Positions 42,013 through 50,870 of a DNA stretch of 64,000 bases are shown piece by piece; position 1 is the first letter of the stretch, and the number at the start of each line of letters is the position of its first letter. The stretch covers positions 1,216,001 to 1,280,000 of the forward strand of contig CAVWHX010000004.1 in assembly GCA_963754925.1 (NCBI GenBank), written 5' to 3'. Below the pieces are notes generated by a model. That model was not told the origin of the DNA and did no database searches. It worked only from the letters and a program-made list of their open reading frames with translations. The position numbers were made by a program, and so were the translations under genes. Origin of the DNA: an uncultured delta proteobacterium. GTDB taxonomy: Bacteria; Myxococcota; B64-G9.

Positions 42013-42711
42013 ATGCAGGAACGAATCAAAGAGTTGCTGCGCTTAGGGCGAGAGGCTTACAAGACCAGGGAACTTGTCAGAGCGGAGGGCTTTCTGGTGC
42101 AGGTGCTCGAGCACATGGATGCCTTCGCCGATGTTCACAATATGCTCGGGGTCATTTACCACGAACGTGGTTTGTTCTCGAAAGCTCAGATTCACTTCGA
42201 GCGCGCGTTGGCCATAAACCCAACGTACACGGAAGCGGCGCTTAATCTGTCGGTGACCTACAACGATCTCGGTCATTACGAACAGGCTAAACAAGTTTAT
42301 CATCAGGTGGTGTCCGCAGCGCAGGAGCATCGCGGAGAGCTCGATCCGTTCATGCGCGGCAAGATCGCCAATATGTACGCCGAAATCGGTGATGTGTACC
42401 AGTCGGTTGGTTTTCACCAGCAAGCGGTGGTGGAGTATACCAAGGCGCTGACCATGGGGCCGGGATTCGTCGACATTCGACTCAAGATGGCCCAGGCCCT
42501 TGGTGATGGCGGTCAGCGTGAAGACGCGCTGGTGGAATTGCGACGCATCCTCGACGAGCGGCCGGAATTCGTGGCCGCCCACCTGCACCTGGGGATTACG
42601 CTGTATGCGCTTGGGCGTTTTGCCGAGGCCGTCAGTGAGTGGAAAGAGGTACTGCGGTACGATCCCACGAATAAGAGCGCTCGAATGTATCTCAATCTGG
42701 TCAAGGAGTAA
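42013..42711 (+). CDS. TPR-repeat protein
   Basis: FADVHNMLG, ALAINP.YTEA.LNL, GP.FVDIR; GGAGG RBS. Confidence 0.9.
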   Translation: MQERIKELLRLGREAYKTRELVRAEGFLVQVLEHMDAFADVHNMLGVIYHERGLFSKAQIHFERALAINPTYTEAALNLSVTYNDLGHYEQAKQVYHQVVSAAQEHRGELDPFMRGKIANMYAEIGDVYQSVGFHQQAVVEYTKALTMGPGFVDIRLKMAQALGDGGQREDALVELRRILDERPEFVAAHLHLGITLYALGRFAEAVSEWKEVLRYDPTNKSARMYLNLVKE

Positions 42712-42813
42712 GCCGACCTCGCAGCACCTTAACCGGCGCCCGGATTTTGCAGTTAGGCTCATTCGGAGTTAAGATGGAGCGTGCAGGATAGAATCGGCTG
42801 AGGGAGAATCCCG

Positions 42814-43779
42814 ATGTCAGAACTTCGCAAGGAAGACGGTCTGCCCAAACAGTATGCCTTGCGGTTCATATCCGGTAAGTATCAGGGCGGCGAGTTTCCC
42901 CTCCATCCCAACCGTGAAATCGTCATCGGCCGCAGCTCCGATCTGGATATGGTTCTGGTGGAAGATATGGTTTCACGAAAACATGCGAAAATCAGCGTGA
43001 GCGATGATCAGATCGTCATTCAGGACCTCGGGAGCACCAACGGAACCTTTGTCAACGGTGAGCGTATTAAGAAGACCCGTTTGCGCGAGAACGACCGCAT
43101 CCTCGTCGGCACCTCGATCCTTAAGCTGGTCGAAGTCGACACCAGCAAAGGACAGGAAAAAGTACCACTGAATGAAACCGATCTGCATTCCATGATGGAG
43201 AAGGTCGCCGCTGCAAGAAAAACGCGCAATCTCACGACCATGTCGGGACGCATCGATGAGGTGCCTATCCCAGATTTATTACAGCTTTTCTCTACCTCTA
43301 AGAAAAATGGCGTGCTCATGATAAGCTACCGCGATCATGAGGGACGTATATACCTCCGCAATGGTCGGATCCGCTATACCGTGATCGACGATCACCACGA
43401 GATGAGCCCCACCAAAGCCTTCTTTCGCATGGTGACGTGGCAGGAAGGCTTTTTTGAGTTAGAGTCCGCTTCGGACGAAAAATTCGTATCCGAGATGGAT
43501 GAGAGCACCGAGGGCCTCTTGATGGAAGCTATGCATGAAATGGATGAGCTGAAGCGGATCGAGCCAGAATGTCCGCCGCTGACGGCTTCCTACGGCATTG
43601 CGGCCAACATCGCCAAACCGCTGCGCGATCTGACGGACGAATGCCTTGATGTCCTGCAACTGGTGCACACCTGGCACGTCATCCGCGACGTGCTTGACCG
43701 AAGCCTCCTCTCAGATCTTAAAACGTGTGAGGCGGTGCTCTACCTTTCAAAAAACGGTTACATCGAAAAATCAACGTAG
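42814..43779 (+). CDS. FHA domain plus DUF4388/PATAN-like domain protein
   Basis: IGRSS, VSRKHA, DLGSTNGTFVNG; MSG.I.EVP.PDLLQL, W.EG.F, LLMEA..MDE. Confidence 0.9.
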   Translation: MSELRKEDGLPKQYALRFISGKYQGGEFPLHPNREIVIGRSSDLDMVLVEDMVSRKHAKISVSDDQIVIQDLGSTNGTFVNGERIKKTRLRENDRILVGTSILKLVEVDTSKGQEKVPLNETDLHSMMEKVAAARKTRNLTTMSGRIDEVPIPDLLQLFSTSKKNGVLMISYRDHEGRIYLRNGRIRYTVIDDHHEMSPTKAFFRMVTWQEGFFELESASDEKFVSEMDESTEGLLMEAMHEMDELKRIEPECPPLTASYGIAANIAKPLRDLTDECLDVLQLVHTWHVIRDVLDRSLLSDLKTCEAVLYLSKNGYIEKST

Positions 43780-45417
43780 CCGGCCAACAGCCCATTTCCA
43801 CAGGTTCAGCGCTTGGGATACCCGCAGCAGCGCTGTCACAGCGAAGTAGATCAACCCATACGCGGTAAGCACCACCACGGCTTGCGTAATCGGATGCCAA
43901 AGCACCGCGATCTGTTTCAAGCCGAAACCGCATCCGGCGGCAAGCCCGGCTGCGAGCCACAACTTAACCAGAATGCTCGGTGAGAGGCCGGTTGATCCGA
44001 TGCGCTGGTTTAGGGTGCGACGCAGCAGGGTGAACTCAACCCAGCCGGCAATGCCGGCCGAGGCGCTCAGGAAGGCGACGCCCCAGCGCTCGGGAATACC
44101 GATCCAGAGCGGAAGCTTTAAGGCAAACAGGTAACCCAGGCCGGCGGTCAAGCATACGCGCAGCACCGCGTACCGCAGCGGTGTTCGCGTATCGTGCAAG
44201 GCATAGTACGCCGAGGAATACAGTCGGCCAAGGGTTGAGGCCAGCAGCCCAATCGAAGCGCCGGCGAGAATACCCCAGACGTACGTGGCATCAGCGTGGC
44301 TAAAGCGGCCGGTTTGGTATATTGCTGCAGCGATAACGTCGCCGAGGGCCAGAAAAGCCATCGCCGAGGGAACGATCAAAAAAGCGATCCGTTGCAGCCC
44401 ATCGGTCAGCCGGTGTCTGAGGAAGGCGTCGATCTCCGGTTTATCGCCCAGCGCGCTTGAGAGCAGCGGTAGCTCCGAGGCGGACACCGACATACCGAAC
44501 AAGCTGACCGGCAGCAAATAGAGCGTCTGCGCGTAACTCAGCGCCGCAAAGCTGCCGCTGGGAAGAAGGCTCGCGAGCAATTCATCAACGTAGGCGCTGA
44601 TCTGTACGACGCCGCGGGCAATCGCAACCGGCGCGAAATTATGAATCACCGTTTTTACGGTTGACCGTTTCCAATGAAAACCGAGCGGCAGTCGCCCCGT
44701 CAGTTTCAACACCAGCGGCAATTGTATGGCACACTGGACAGCGCTCCCCAGCACCGAGGCCCAAGCAACCACCACGGCGAGGGGAAATTGCCCCAATTGA
44801 TTGCCGAACCAGGCGAGGGCTACGATGATGACGAAGTTCCACACCACGGGCGCCGCATACGAAAGAAAGAAGCGCCGGTGACTGTTCAGGATACCCAGGC
44901 ACCATGCTGAATAGACCAACAATCCTGCGCCCGGAAACAGAATCCTTACCAATCGGATAGTCAAATCGCGCTTTTCGCCGACAAAACCCGGGGCGATGAG
45001 CATGATCAGAATCGGCGTAATCAGCACGCCGACGGCGACACAGAGAGAGATCAGAAGACCGATGGTTGTCGCGATGCCGGCGGCAACCTGGCGAGCCTCA
45101 ACAAGATTTTTTTCTGCCAGCAGTTTAGCGTATACGGGGATAAACGAGGCCGACAGAGAGCCCTCGCCAAATAAATTCTGGAGCAGGTTGGGGATGCGGA
45201 AAGCGGCCTTGAAAGCATCGGCGGCGTCCGAGTTGCCAAAAAAATGCGCGAAGACACGGTCCCGGATTAAACCAAAGATGCGGCTTATCAGGATGCCCGC
45301 GCCGACAAAAAACGCGGGGCGTCCTGGTACCCCGTCACCGGTAGCCAAGCTTCCGTCCGGCTGGTCAGGTTCTTGCGGGAACGGCCGGTGGCGGTCACGT
45401 TCGATCAAAAGCTTCAC
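43771..45417 (-). CDS. murJ: Lipid II flippase MurJ (MviN)
   Basis: SRIFGLIRD, DAF.AAFRIPNLLQNLFGEG.LSASFIPVY, YA..LY.LP.SLFG, YYAL.DTRTP. Confidence 0.95.
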   Translation of the reverse strand: MKLLIERDRHRPFPQEPDQPDGSLATGDGVPGRPAFFVGAGILISRIFGLIRDRVFAHFFGNSDAADAFKAAFRIPNLLQNLFGEGSLSASFIPVYAKLLAEKNLVEARQVAAGIATTIGLLISLCVAVGVLITPILIMLIAPGFVGEKRDLTIRLVRILFPGAGLLVYSAWCLGILNSHRRFFLSYAAPVVWNFVIIVALAWFGNQLGQFPLAVVVAWASVLGSAVQCAIQLPLVLKLTGRLPLGFHWKRSTVKTVIHNFAPVAIARGVVQISAYVDELLASLLPSGSFAALSYAQTLYLLPVSLFGMSVSASELPLLSSALGDKPEIDAFLRHRLTDGLQRIAFLIVPSAMAFLALGDVIAAAIYQTGRFSHADATYVWGILAGASIGLLASTLGRLYSSAYYALHDTRTPLRYAVLRVCLTAGLGYLFALKLPLWIGIPERWGVAFLSASAGIAGWVEFTLLRRTLNQRIGSTGLSPSILVKLWLAAGLAAGCGFGLKQIAVLWHPITQAVVVLTAYGLIYFAVTALLRVSQALNLWKWAVGRLR

Positions 45418-45447
45418 CAGTCCTTGCGGTTGAGGCGTGTCAACCGG

Positions 45448-46449
45448 CTACTCGTTGATGATCCCGAACTCCACGCGGCGGTTGGTTTCCTTGCCGCGAG
45501 CGGTACGGTTGGAGGCGATCGGTTTGCTTTCGCCGAAACCGATGGCCTGCAGCCGATCGAGCCCGATGCCTTGGATCCCGAGGTACTCCTTGACCGCATG
45601 CGCTCGGTTTTCGGAGAGCTTTTGATTGAACTCATCTGAACCGTCACTGTCGGTGTGGCCTTCGATTGACAGCCGCATGGTTGGGTAGTCCTTGAGTAGT
45701 TGGGCAACCTGGTCCAACACCTTAAACGATTTGGGAATAATTTTCCACTTGGCGGATTCGAAATAGATCTTATCCTTCAGCTCGATCTGTTGCTTTTCGC
45801 GGTTGATGGTCACCAGAGTGAATTTCCGGGGGCAGCCTTTGCCTTGCGGACTGTCTGCCGGACCCGGCTCATGCGGACACTGGTCTTCTAGGTCGATGAT
45901 ACCATCACCATCGCTATCGGGGCAGCCGTGGAGAGCGGCGGGGCCCGGATCGTTGGGGCACTGGTCAATATCATCGGTAAGACCATCGCCATCGGTATCG
46001 AGCGGTTTTGGACAACCATTTAATTCCGGCACACCCGGAACGTCGGGACACGCATCGTCGGCGTCAGGAATGCCATCGCCGTCGCGGTCAGATTTCTGTG
46101 CTGCAACGGCGGGTTTCTTGGGTACACACCGGTCAACCGGCGAGTTCTCGATTGCACGCTTGACCGATGCGGTTGCTATCGTGATATGGTCATCCGCTCG
46201 CCGCCAGTTGCCTTGGTCAAGCTCGTCCAGGGTAAACCTGACATGGCTTTCCGCCATAGCCAAATCTTTTGGATCACAGGTGTAGGCGCCATTTTCGCGC
46301 GCCGTGTCGATGTCGCGCTTGACCACTTCAGCGTCCGCCCGGATCTTTGACGCCGATGCACAGGCTGAAAAGACCGCAGCAGTACCGACGAGCACAGAAA
46401 TTAACCGACGCAATGCATCAGAACCCCGGATATGATCCATTGCGATCAC
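45448..46449 (-). CDS. OmpA-family lipoprotein with N-terminal helical (DUF4398-like) domain and TSP3-type Asp-rich repeats
   Basis: FSAC lipobox; three D.DGDG..D..D.CP repeats; IEGHTDS.G...N..LS..RA, G.GES.P, NRRVEF. Confidence 0.93.
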   Translation of the reverse strand: MIAMDHIRGSDALRRLISVLVGTAAVFSACASASKIRADAEVVKRDIDTARENGAYTCDPKDLAMAESHVRFTLDELDQGNWRRADDHITIATASVKRAIENSPVDRCVPKKPAVAAQKSDRDGDGIPDADDACPDVPGVPELNGCPKPLDTDGDGLTDDIDQCPNDPGPAALHGCPDSDGDGIIDLEDQCPHEPGPADSPQGKGCPRKFTLVTINREKQQIELKDKIYFESAKWKIIPKSFKVLDQVAQLLKDYPTMRLSIEGHTDSDGSDEFNQKLSENRAHAVKEYLGIQGIGLDRLQAIGFGESKPIASNRTARGKETNRRVEFGIINE

Positions 46450-46748
46450 TCCTCCGAGTGTTTGTTGAGGGATTGCTCGAGTGCTTGTGCTGCGAGATCC
46501 TGTGCTTTGGCAGCGTACTCAATTGAATACTCGAAATCTGAGGTGCCCCACTTCTCCCGGGCTTTGTGGAGGTATTCGTAAGCGGCGGTATACTCATAAG
46601 GCGCCTTTTTGTCAGCATCGACGGCTTTAGCGTTGCGGAGAGTAGTATCAGCCCGAATAATCAACGAAGTTGACTTGCATGGTCCGCAGCCTAGGCCTTG
46701 CCATCCACACGCCAGGCTAAAACCTACAATCGAAAAGATTTTTTTCAC
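46446..46748 (-). CDS. DUF4398-like small lipoprotein
   Basis: LGC lipobox-like, APYEYTAA.EYLHKARE; overlaps the OmpA gene start. Confidence 0.75.
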   Translation of the reverse strand: MKKIFSIVGFSLACGWQGLGCGPCKSTSLIIRADTTLRNAKAVDADKKAPYEYTAAYEYLHKAREKWGTSDFEYSIEYAAKAQDLAAQALEQSLNKHSEE

Positions 46749-46838
46749 TCTTTTACCCCAACTATTGAATGCCGCTTGCTAAAGTACGTTGCATCAATTG
46801 AGCCCGATATGCTTACAATCCCAGTGATTTAAAAATAC

Positions 46839-46867
46839 TTTTATCAGGATATGGTACTATTTGTCAA
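46839..46867 (-). promoter_or_regulatory. Possible sigma70 promoter for DUF4398-ompA-murJ
   Basis: TTGACA on minus strand followed 17-18 nt later by an AT-rich TAAAAG. Confidence 0.3.
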
Positions 46868-46922
46868 TGTTTAAAAGAGCCAAGACTATCCCCGGAAAAA
46901 GCTCCCCCCGTGGTATTGTTTC

Positions 46923-47593
46923 TCAGTCGGAGACCGGTGAAGCTTCATCTCGTTTAACGGATTGAGGCGCCGTTTTTGAGGCGTGGCCGGAATTGGTTGA
47001 TGCTAGGGCGGCGGCGACATTTCGAGACAAGCCGCGTCTCATTTTATTTCCTTCCATACGATAGGAAACGATTAGGAAAACCCAGCCAGCAATTAAAACC
47101 GGCACGGCCAGCGTAAAAATCGTACGCATTCGGAGGTCCCACGGGGGGCTATTCTCAAATTCATTTTCAAATGCTCGGAAGAGCTTTTCATGAGCTAACA
47201 CTACCGATATCGCAAGTATGCCGATGCTCACTAAAAGAGCGATTAATTGAATGCGGTTCCGATACAACAAGCGATAACCGACAAAAAACCCAGCCACTGC
47301 CGCGCCACAACAGCCGACGAGACCTATTACTATCAAAGAGGCCGAAATGTCAGATGAATTATACCAATACAGCAGGCTCCAGCTCGGATAATTGATTACT
47401 CCGTACGCATATAACGGTAAAAGTAAAAAAAAGACCCAGAGCAAAACCCCGATTAGATACGTCCTATACCAGGGCGTAGCTTGGATACGGATCTGCTCAG
47501 AAGCAGCCCACGCGGAACTCTGGCCAACGAGCCAGCAAAGAATCGTTAGAATAATCGCCAAAGCGAAAATAAGTATCCCACAATCATGAGCAT
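46923..47593 (-). CDS. Hypothetical multi-TM membrane protein; probable frameshift near 47577-47579
   Basis: Five hydrophobic segments, YP.WS.LY motif; adding one G gives an ATG start (MLMIVGILIFALAII). Confidence 0.6.
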
Positions 47594-47841
47594 GGTAAAA
47601 GCGATATTTAGAAGTTCATGCAACCGGCGGGTGCTACAAAGCAAATATAATCCAATAGTGATGACCGAGAACATCATACAACGTATTCTCCTCGTCAAAA
47701 AATAGCCTCCAAAAATGACTCGTGTTATATTCAGCTAGAAGTGCCAGTTAAATGGCGACGGTACTTGTTAGAAGACGATCAGAAGAGTTACGACTGATTA
47801 AAATGGTGATTTCAAAGGTTGGCTCACGGTAGGAGTGAAAA

Positions 47842-48432
47842 ATGGAGGCCTGCGTTAGCGGAAGAGCATTTCTCGGCCTTATCTCGCTCATCAAGGACCA
47901 GGAGGGGCCCCAGGCGATCGAGAAAGTTATCGCGCAAAGCGGTAAGCTCCTGAGCAGCATTTTCTCCGAACGAATTCGCGTACTTTCTTGGCATCCTTAT
48001 GAGCCCTATGTTGAATTTCTCTCCCTCCTTGATCGTACCTTGGGGAAGGGTGATCTCGCTTTTTGCCGGCACTTAGGAACATTGGCTGGTAAGCACGATC
48101 TCGTATCTATCTTCAAGGTATTCACGACGCTTGCAAGCCCCGAACGCTTTGTCCGTAATGCGAAAAAATTTTGGGATAGTTACTTTCGAGATGCCGGACG
48201 GTTAGAGGGTATATCGTGGGAGCCCGATAACACGGTCTTTCGCGTTTATGATTTTCCTCGTATGCACCCGGCTCATTGCGCCCTCGATGAGGGGTGGTTT
48301 ATTGGTAGTTTTTCAGCAATGGGTTTTGAAGTTGATGGAGAAAAATTAGAGGTTGAATGTCCCCATCGCGGCGGACCGTATCATGAATTTCTGATCAAAT
48401 GGTCCCCGCACGCTACCAACTCTTCCGGTTAG
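47842..48432 (+). CDS. Hypothetical protein with H-NOX/V4R-like fold signature
   Basis: AGGAG RBS; SW.PY, W..YF..G.L, C....GW..G, C..RG...EF...W. Confidence 0.6.
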   Translation: MEACVSGRAFLGLISLIKDQEGPQAIEKVIAQSGKLLSSIFSERIRVLSWHPYEPYVEFLSLLDRTLGKGDLAFCRHLGTLAGKHDLVSIFKVFTTLASPERFVRNAKKFWDSYFRDAGRLEGISWEPDNTVFRVYDFPRMHPAHCALDEGWFIGSFSAMGFEVDGEKLEVECPHRGGPYHEFLIKWSPHATNSSG

Positions 48433-48454
48433 CGTTAGCGATGTAGTCCTGGTT

Positions 48455-48793
48455 CTAATAGTCTTTTCTAGCCAGCAGTTTTTCGATTAATTGGGCCGAG
48501 TATGAAGTCAGGCTGGTGAAGACGACACCCATTCCCGGCGATTCTGACGTGCCGGGTGGAACCACGCGAACCACTTTTCCCACTCCTTCAATGGTCTCGA
48601 GTTCCTCAAGAATCAAAGTAAATCTGAGGTTCACCATGGTCCCGACCGGCAATGGCATGGTGCTTTTGATAAAGATACCGGTTTTGGAGATGTTCTGGAC
48701 GTACTCGACTATAAACTCGTCGACATCGTGAAACTCTTTATTGACCATCATACGCATATCTCGTCGTTGGCCGCCAAATGCTTGTTCGTCCAT
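48455..48793 (-). CDS. Stand-alone PilZ-domain protein (myxobacterial TIGR02266-like)
   Basis: QRRDMR (RxxxR), NISKTGIFI (D/NxSxxG), GMGV.F; GGAGGAG RBS. Confidence 0.88.
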   Translation of the reverse strand: MDEQAFGGQRRDMRMMVNKEFHDVDEFIVEYVQNISKTGIFIKSTMPLPVGTMVNLRFTLILEELETIEGVGKVVRVVPPGTSESPGMGVVFTSLTSYSAQLIEKLLARKDY

Positions 48794-49010
48794 TCTCCGC
48801 TCCTCCCTTGCCAGACCCGATGTACTATCATCATATTAACGGCTTAGCGGATAGTTGTATCGCTTTATGGCTGCGGCCGTCAAGCCCGAGGCATCCGAAG
48901 GAATTCTTCGGGTTCGGTTGCAATCTCTAGGGTTGTCGTGCTATAAAAATTAGTTGGGCTGCGCGTATGATTAGTAACCTGTTTTTAAATCAGAAGAAAG
49001 TGCTTGATTG

Positions 49011-49220
49011 TTAGCCATGACGTTCGGTTACGAAGGCTGGACAACGGTCGCACGAAAAGCCCTCCCATGGGGTGCGAGCGACGAACAGAAGGCAATCATT
49101 ATAGTTGGCGCACTCAATGCACCGGTGCATATTGACCTCATCAACGGAAAGCGGACGGTACCGACGCGGGCGGGCGCCCGGGCGAAGAAGGTAAATCCGG
49201 TAGATTTCGGCCGTTGGCAC
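49011..49220 (-). CDS. Small Cys-rich hypothetical protein (69 aa)
   Basis: AAGGAG RBS before GTG; HRC..C..Y..CL......W..FSC..C. Confidence 0.7.
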   Translation of the reverse strand: MPTAEIYRIYLLRPGARPRRYRPLSVDEVNMHRCIECANYNDCLLFVARTPWEGFSCDRCPAFVTERHG

Positions 49221-49267
49221 GTCGGCTCCTTTCCATTAATAAGGAAATTAACACAGGATTGGCGGCA

Positions 49268-49295
49268 TTGACAAGATTTGATCAGTATCTATGAT
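49268..49295 (+). promoter_or_regulatory. Possible sigma70 promoter
   Basis: TTGACA-16 nt-TATGAT upstream of the KOW-protein gene. Confidence 0.4.
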
Positions 49296-49386
49296 TCTCG
49301 GTTCTTATGGCTGGTTGTTTGTAAGAGGGTATATGATCATATGATGCGATGGATTTCATCATAATAGAGGCTCGGGGAGTGTGAGG

Positions 49387-50322
49387 ATGAGTTCTTTTGG
49401 CGGTTTTACCGCGAACGATTTCGACGCGTTCGATCCAAAAAAATGGTCGTCACACGTTTACAACCGCGAGCGATTGGAGGTCAAGCTTAAGCTCTCCGAC
49501 CTCGGTAAGGCGTTGACGCAGCAACTAGCCCAACAGTTCGCCGGGCAGGAGCTTGGCTTGACCGAAGAACGCCCCTCGATCTTCAACCAGCAAAAAGTAA
49601 GAGATCTGACCTTGTTTTTCACGCGCGGCAGCGACGCACGTCGGGAACTGGAATCAGTCGTTGAAAAACACTGTAGCCTCAAAGAAAAGATTCTCGACCC
49701 CGCGCTGCACCACAAGCACATCACCGTGGGTCTGCGCATTCATGCCGACGGCATTGAGTTTGGGTTGTGGTTGCATCATGACGCCTGGGTGGATTGGAAG
49801 AACCTGATCGAACGCTGCAAGGAGCATTACGAACGCGAGAAACTGGTTGAACTATTAGCAGGCCTTGACGACTCGTTGTGCTTCTTTCAGGGGGACCGGC
49901 CGACAGCGGCAGTGACGCAGGCGCGTTCGGTCGCCATCGAGCAGCTCACGGGGTCGCCGGGAAGCGACCAACCCTGGACTTTTTACGGGGAGTGCCTCGG
50001 CTGTTCTGATCCCGTAGTAGCCGGCCCTCAGCTGATCGAACGAGTAGCTCAAACATTTACCCGATTATGGCCGCTCCATCAATTTATCGCCTGGCGTCGC
50101 GATAACGATTTCCATCGCCTGCGCGAGGTGCTGAAGGAGCGGCGCGAAAAGGGCAAGATGCAGTTCAGCGCGCTTAAAACTGGTGATGAGGTGCGCATCC
50201 TCAAAGGCCTGGCGGCTGGCCGAACCGGTGTGGTCGAAGAAATCGAAAAGAAGGGAATACTCAAGGTGCGGCTGGGGCTGATGGTTATGGCGGTCAAAGT
50301 GGAAGACGTCTCAAAGCCTTAA
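49387..50322 (+). CDS. Hypothetical protein: YktB/DUF1054-like N-terminus plus C-terminal KOW motif
   Basis: F.GFT..DFDAF start; LKTGDEVRILKG..AGRTGVV.EI...KV.LG. Confidence 0.65.
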   Translation: MSSFGGFTANDFDAFDPKKWSSHVYNRERLEVKLKLSDLGKALTQQLAQQFAGQELGLTEERPSIFNQQKVRDLTLFFTRGSDARRELESVVEKHCSLKEKILDPALHHKHITVGLRIHADGIEFGLWLHHDAWVDWKNLIERCKEHYEREKLVELLAGLDDSLCFFQGDRPTAAVTQARSVAIEQLTGSPGSDQPWTFYGECLGCSDPVVAGPQLIERVAQTFTRLWPLHQFIAWRRDNDFHRLREVLKERREKGKMQFSALKTGDEVRILKGLAAGRTGVVEEIEKKGILKVRLGLMVMAVKVEDVSKP

Positions 50323-50360
50323 CTACCGCACTCCGCAGCACATTCCGTCTGAATCGTTGG

Positions 50361-50705
50361 TTAATCGGATTGACAACAGCCGCCTGCCTGCGCGAGTTCC
50401 AGGAGTTGCGGAGAATTGCGGGGATACGCGGGAACGTCGATCCCACACTGATGCAGTTTGTCAAGCAACGTTCGTCGGTACGCGAGGGTGCGCTCGAGTT
50501 TCTCGGGTTCATCGCGCATGAGTTCTCTGATGGTTGACTCTTCCAATGCGAGCAACGCCGCCACGCTCACATACTCACGATCTTTTTTACAGCGGCAGGC
50601 AGCCATCAAATCCATCGTGCTCCGACCGAGCTGGTATTTGGCTCGACAGATCGGGATCAGCCTCTTTACCGGTACTCCATAAAAACATGTGCTCAACCGA
50701 CTCAT
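50361..50705 (-). CDS. Hypothetical protein (114 aa)
   Basis: GGGAGAGG RBS before ATG 50705; fills the gap between two + strand genes. Confidence 0.55.
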   Translation of the reverse strand: MSRLSTCFYGVPVKRLIPICRAKYQLGRSTMDLMAACRCKKDREYVSVAALLALEESTIRELMRDEPEKLERTLAYRRTLLDKLHQCGIDVPAYPRNSPQLLELAQAGGCCQSD

Positions 50706-50870
50706 TTTCGCCTCTCCCGGTTTCGTCCAACCACCCCATCCTCGCCGGCGGCGGACACTAGCAGAACTCAGGGGAGGACTCAAATACTTTTTTTGCCTTT
50801 TTTACCGGGGTCGCTATTGTAACCTCCGTACGTTTTTGCTACGCTGCGACCAATCCTTAGGAGAAAAAAA

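Noticed and set aside
48887..48917. Hairpin ccgaag-gaatt-cttcgg as ncRNA or riboswitch
   Set aside because: Single short stem with no recognisable family motif
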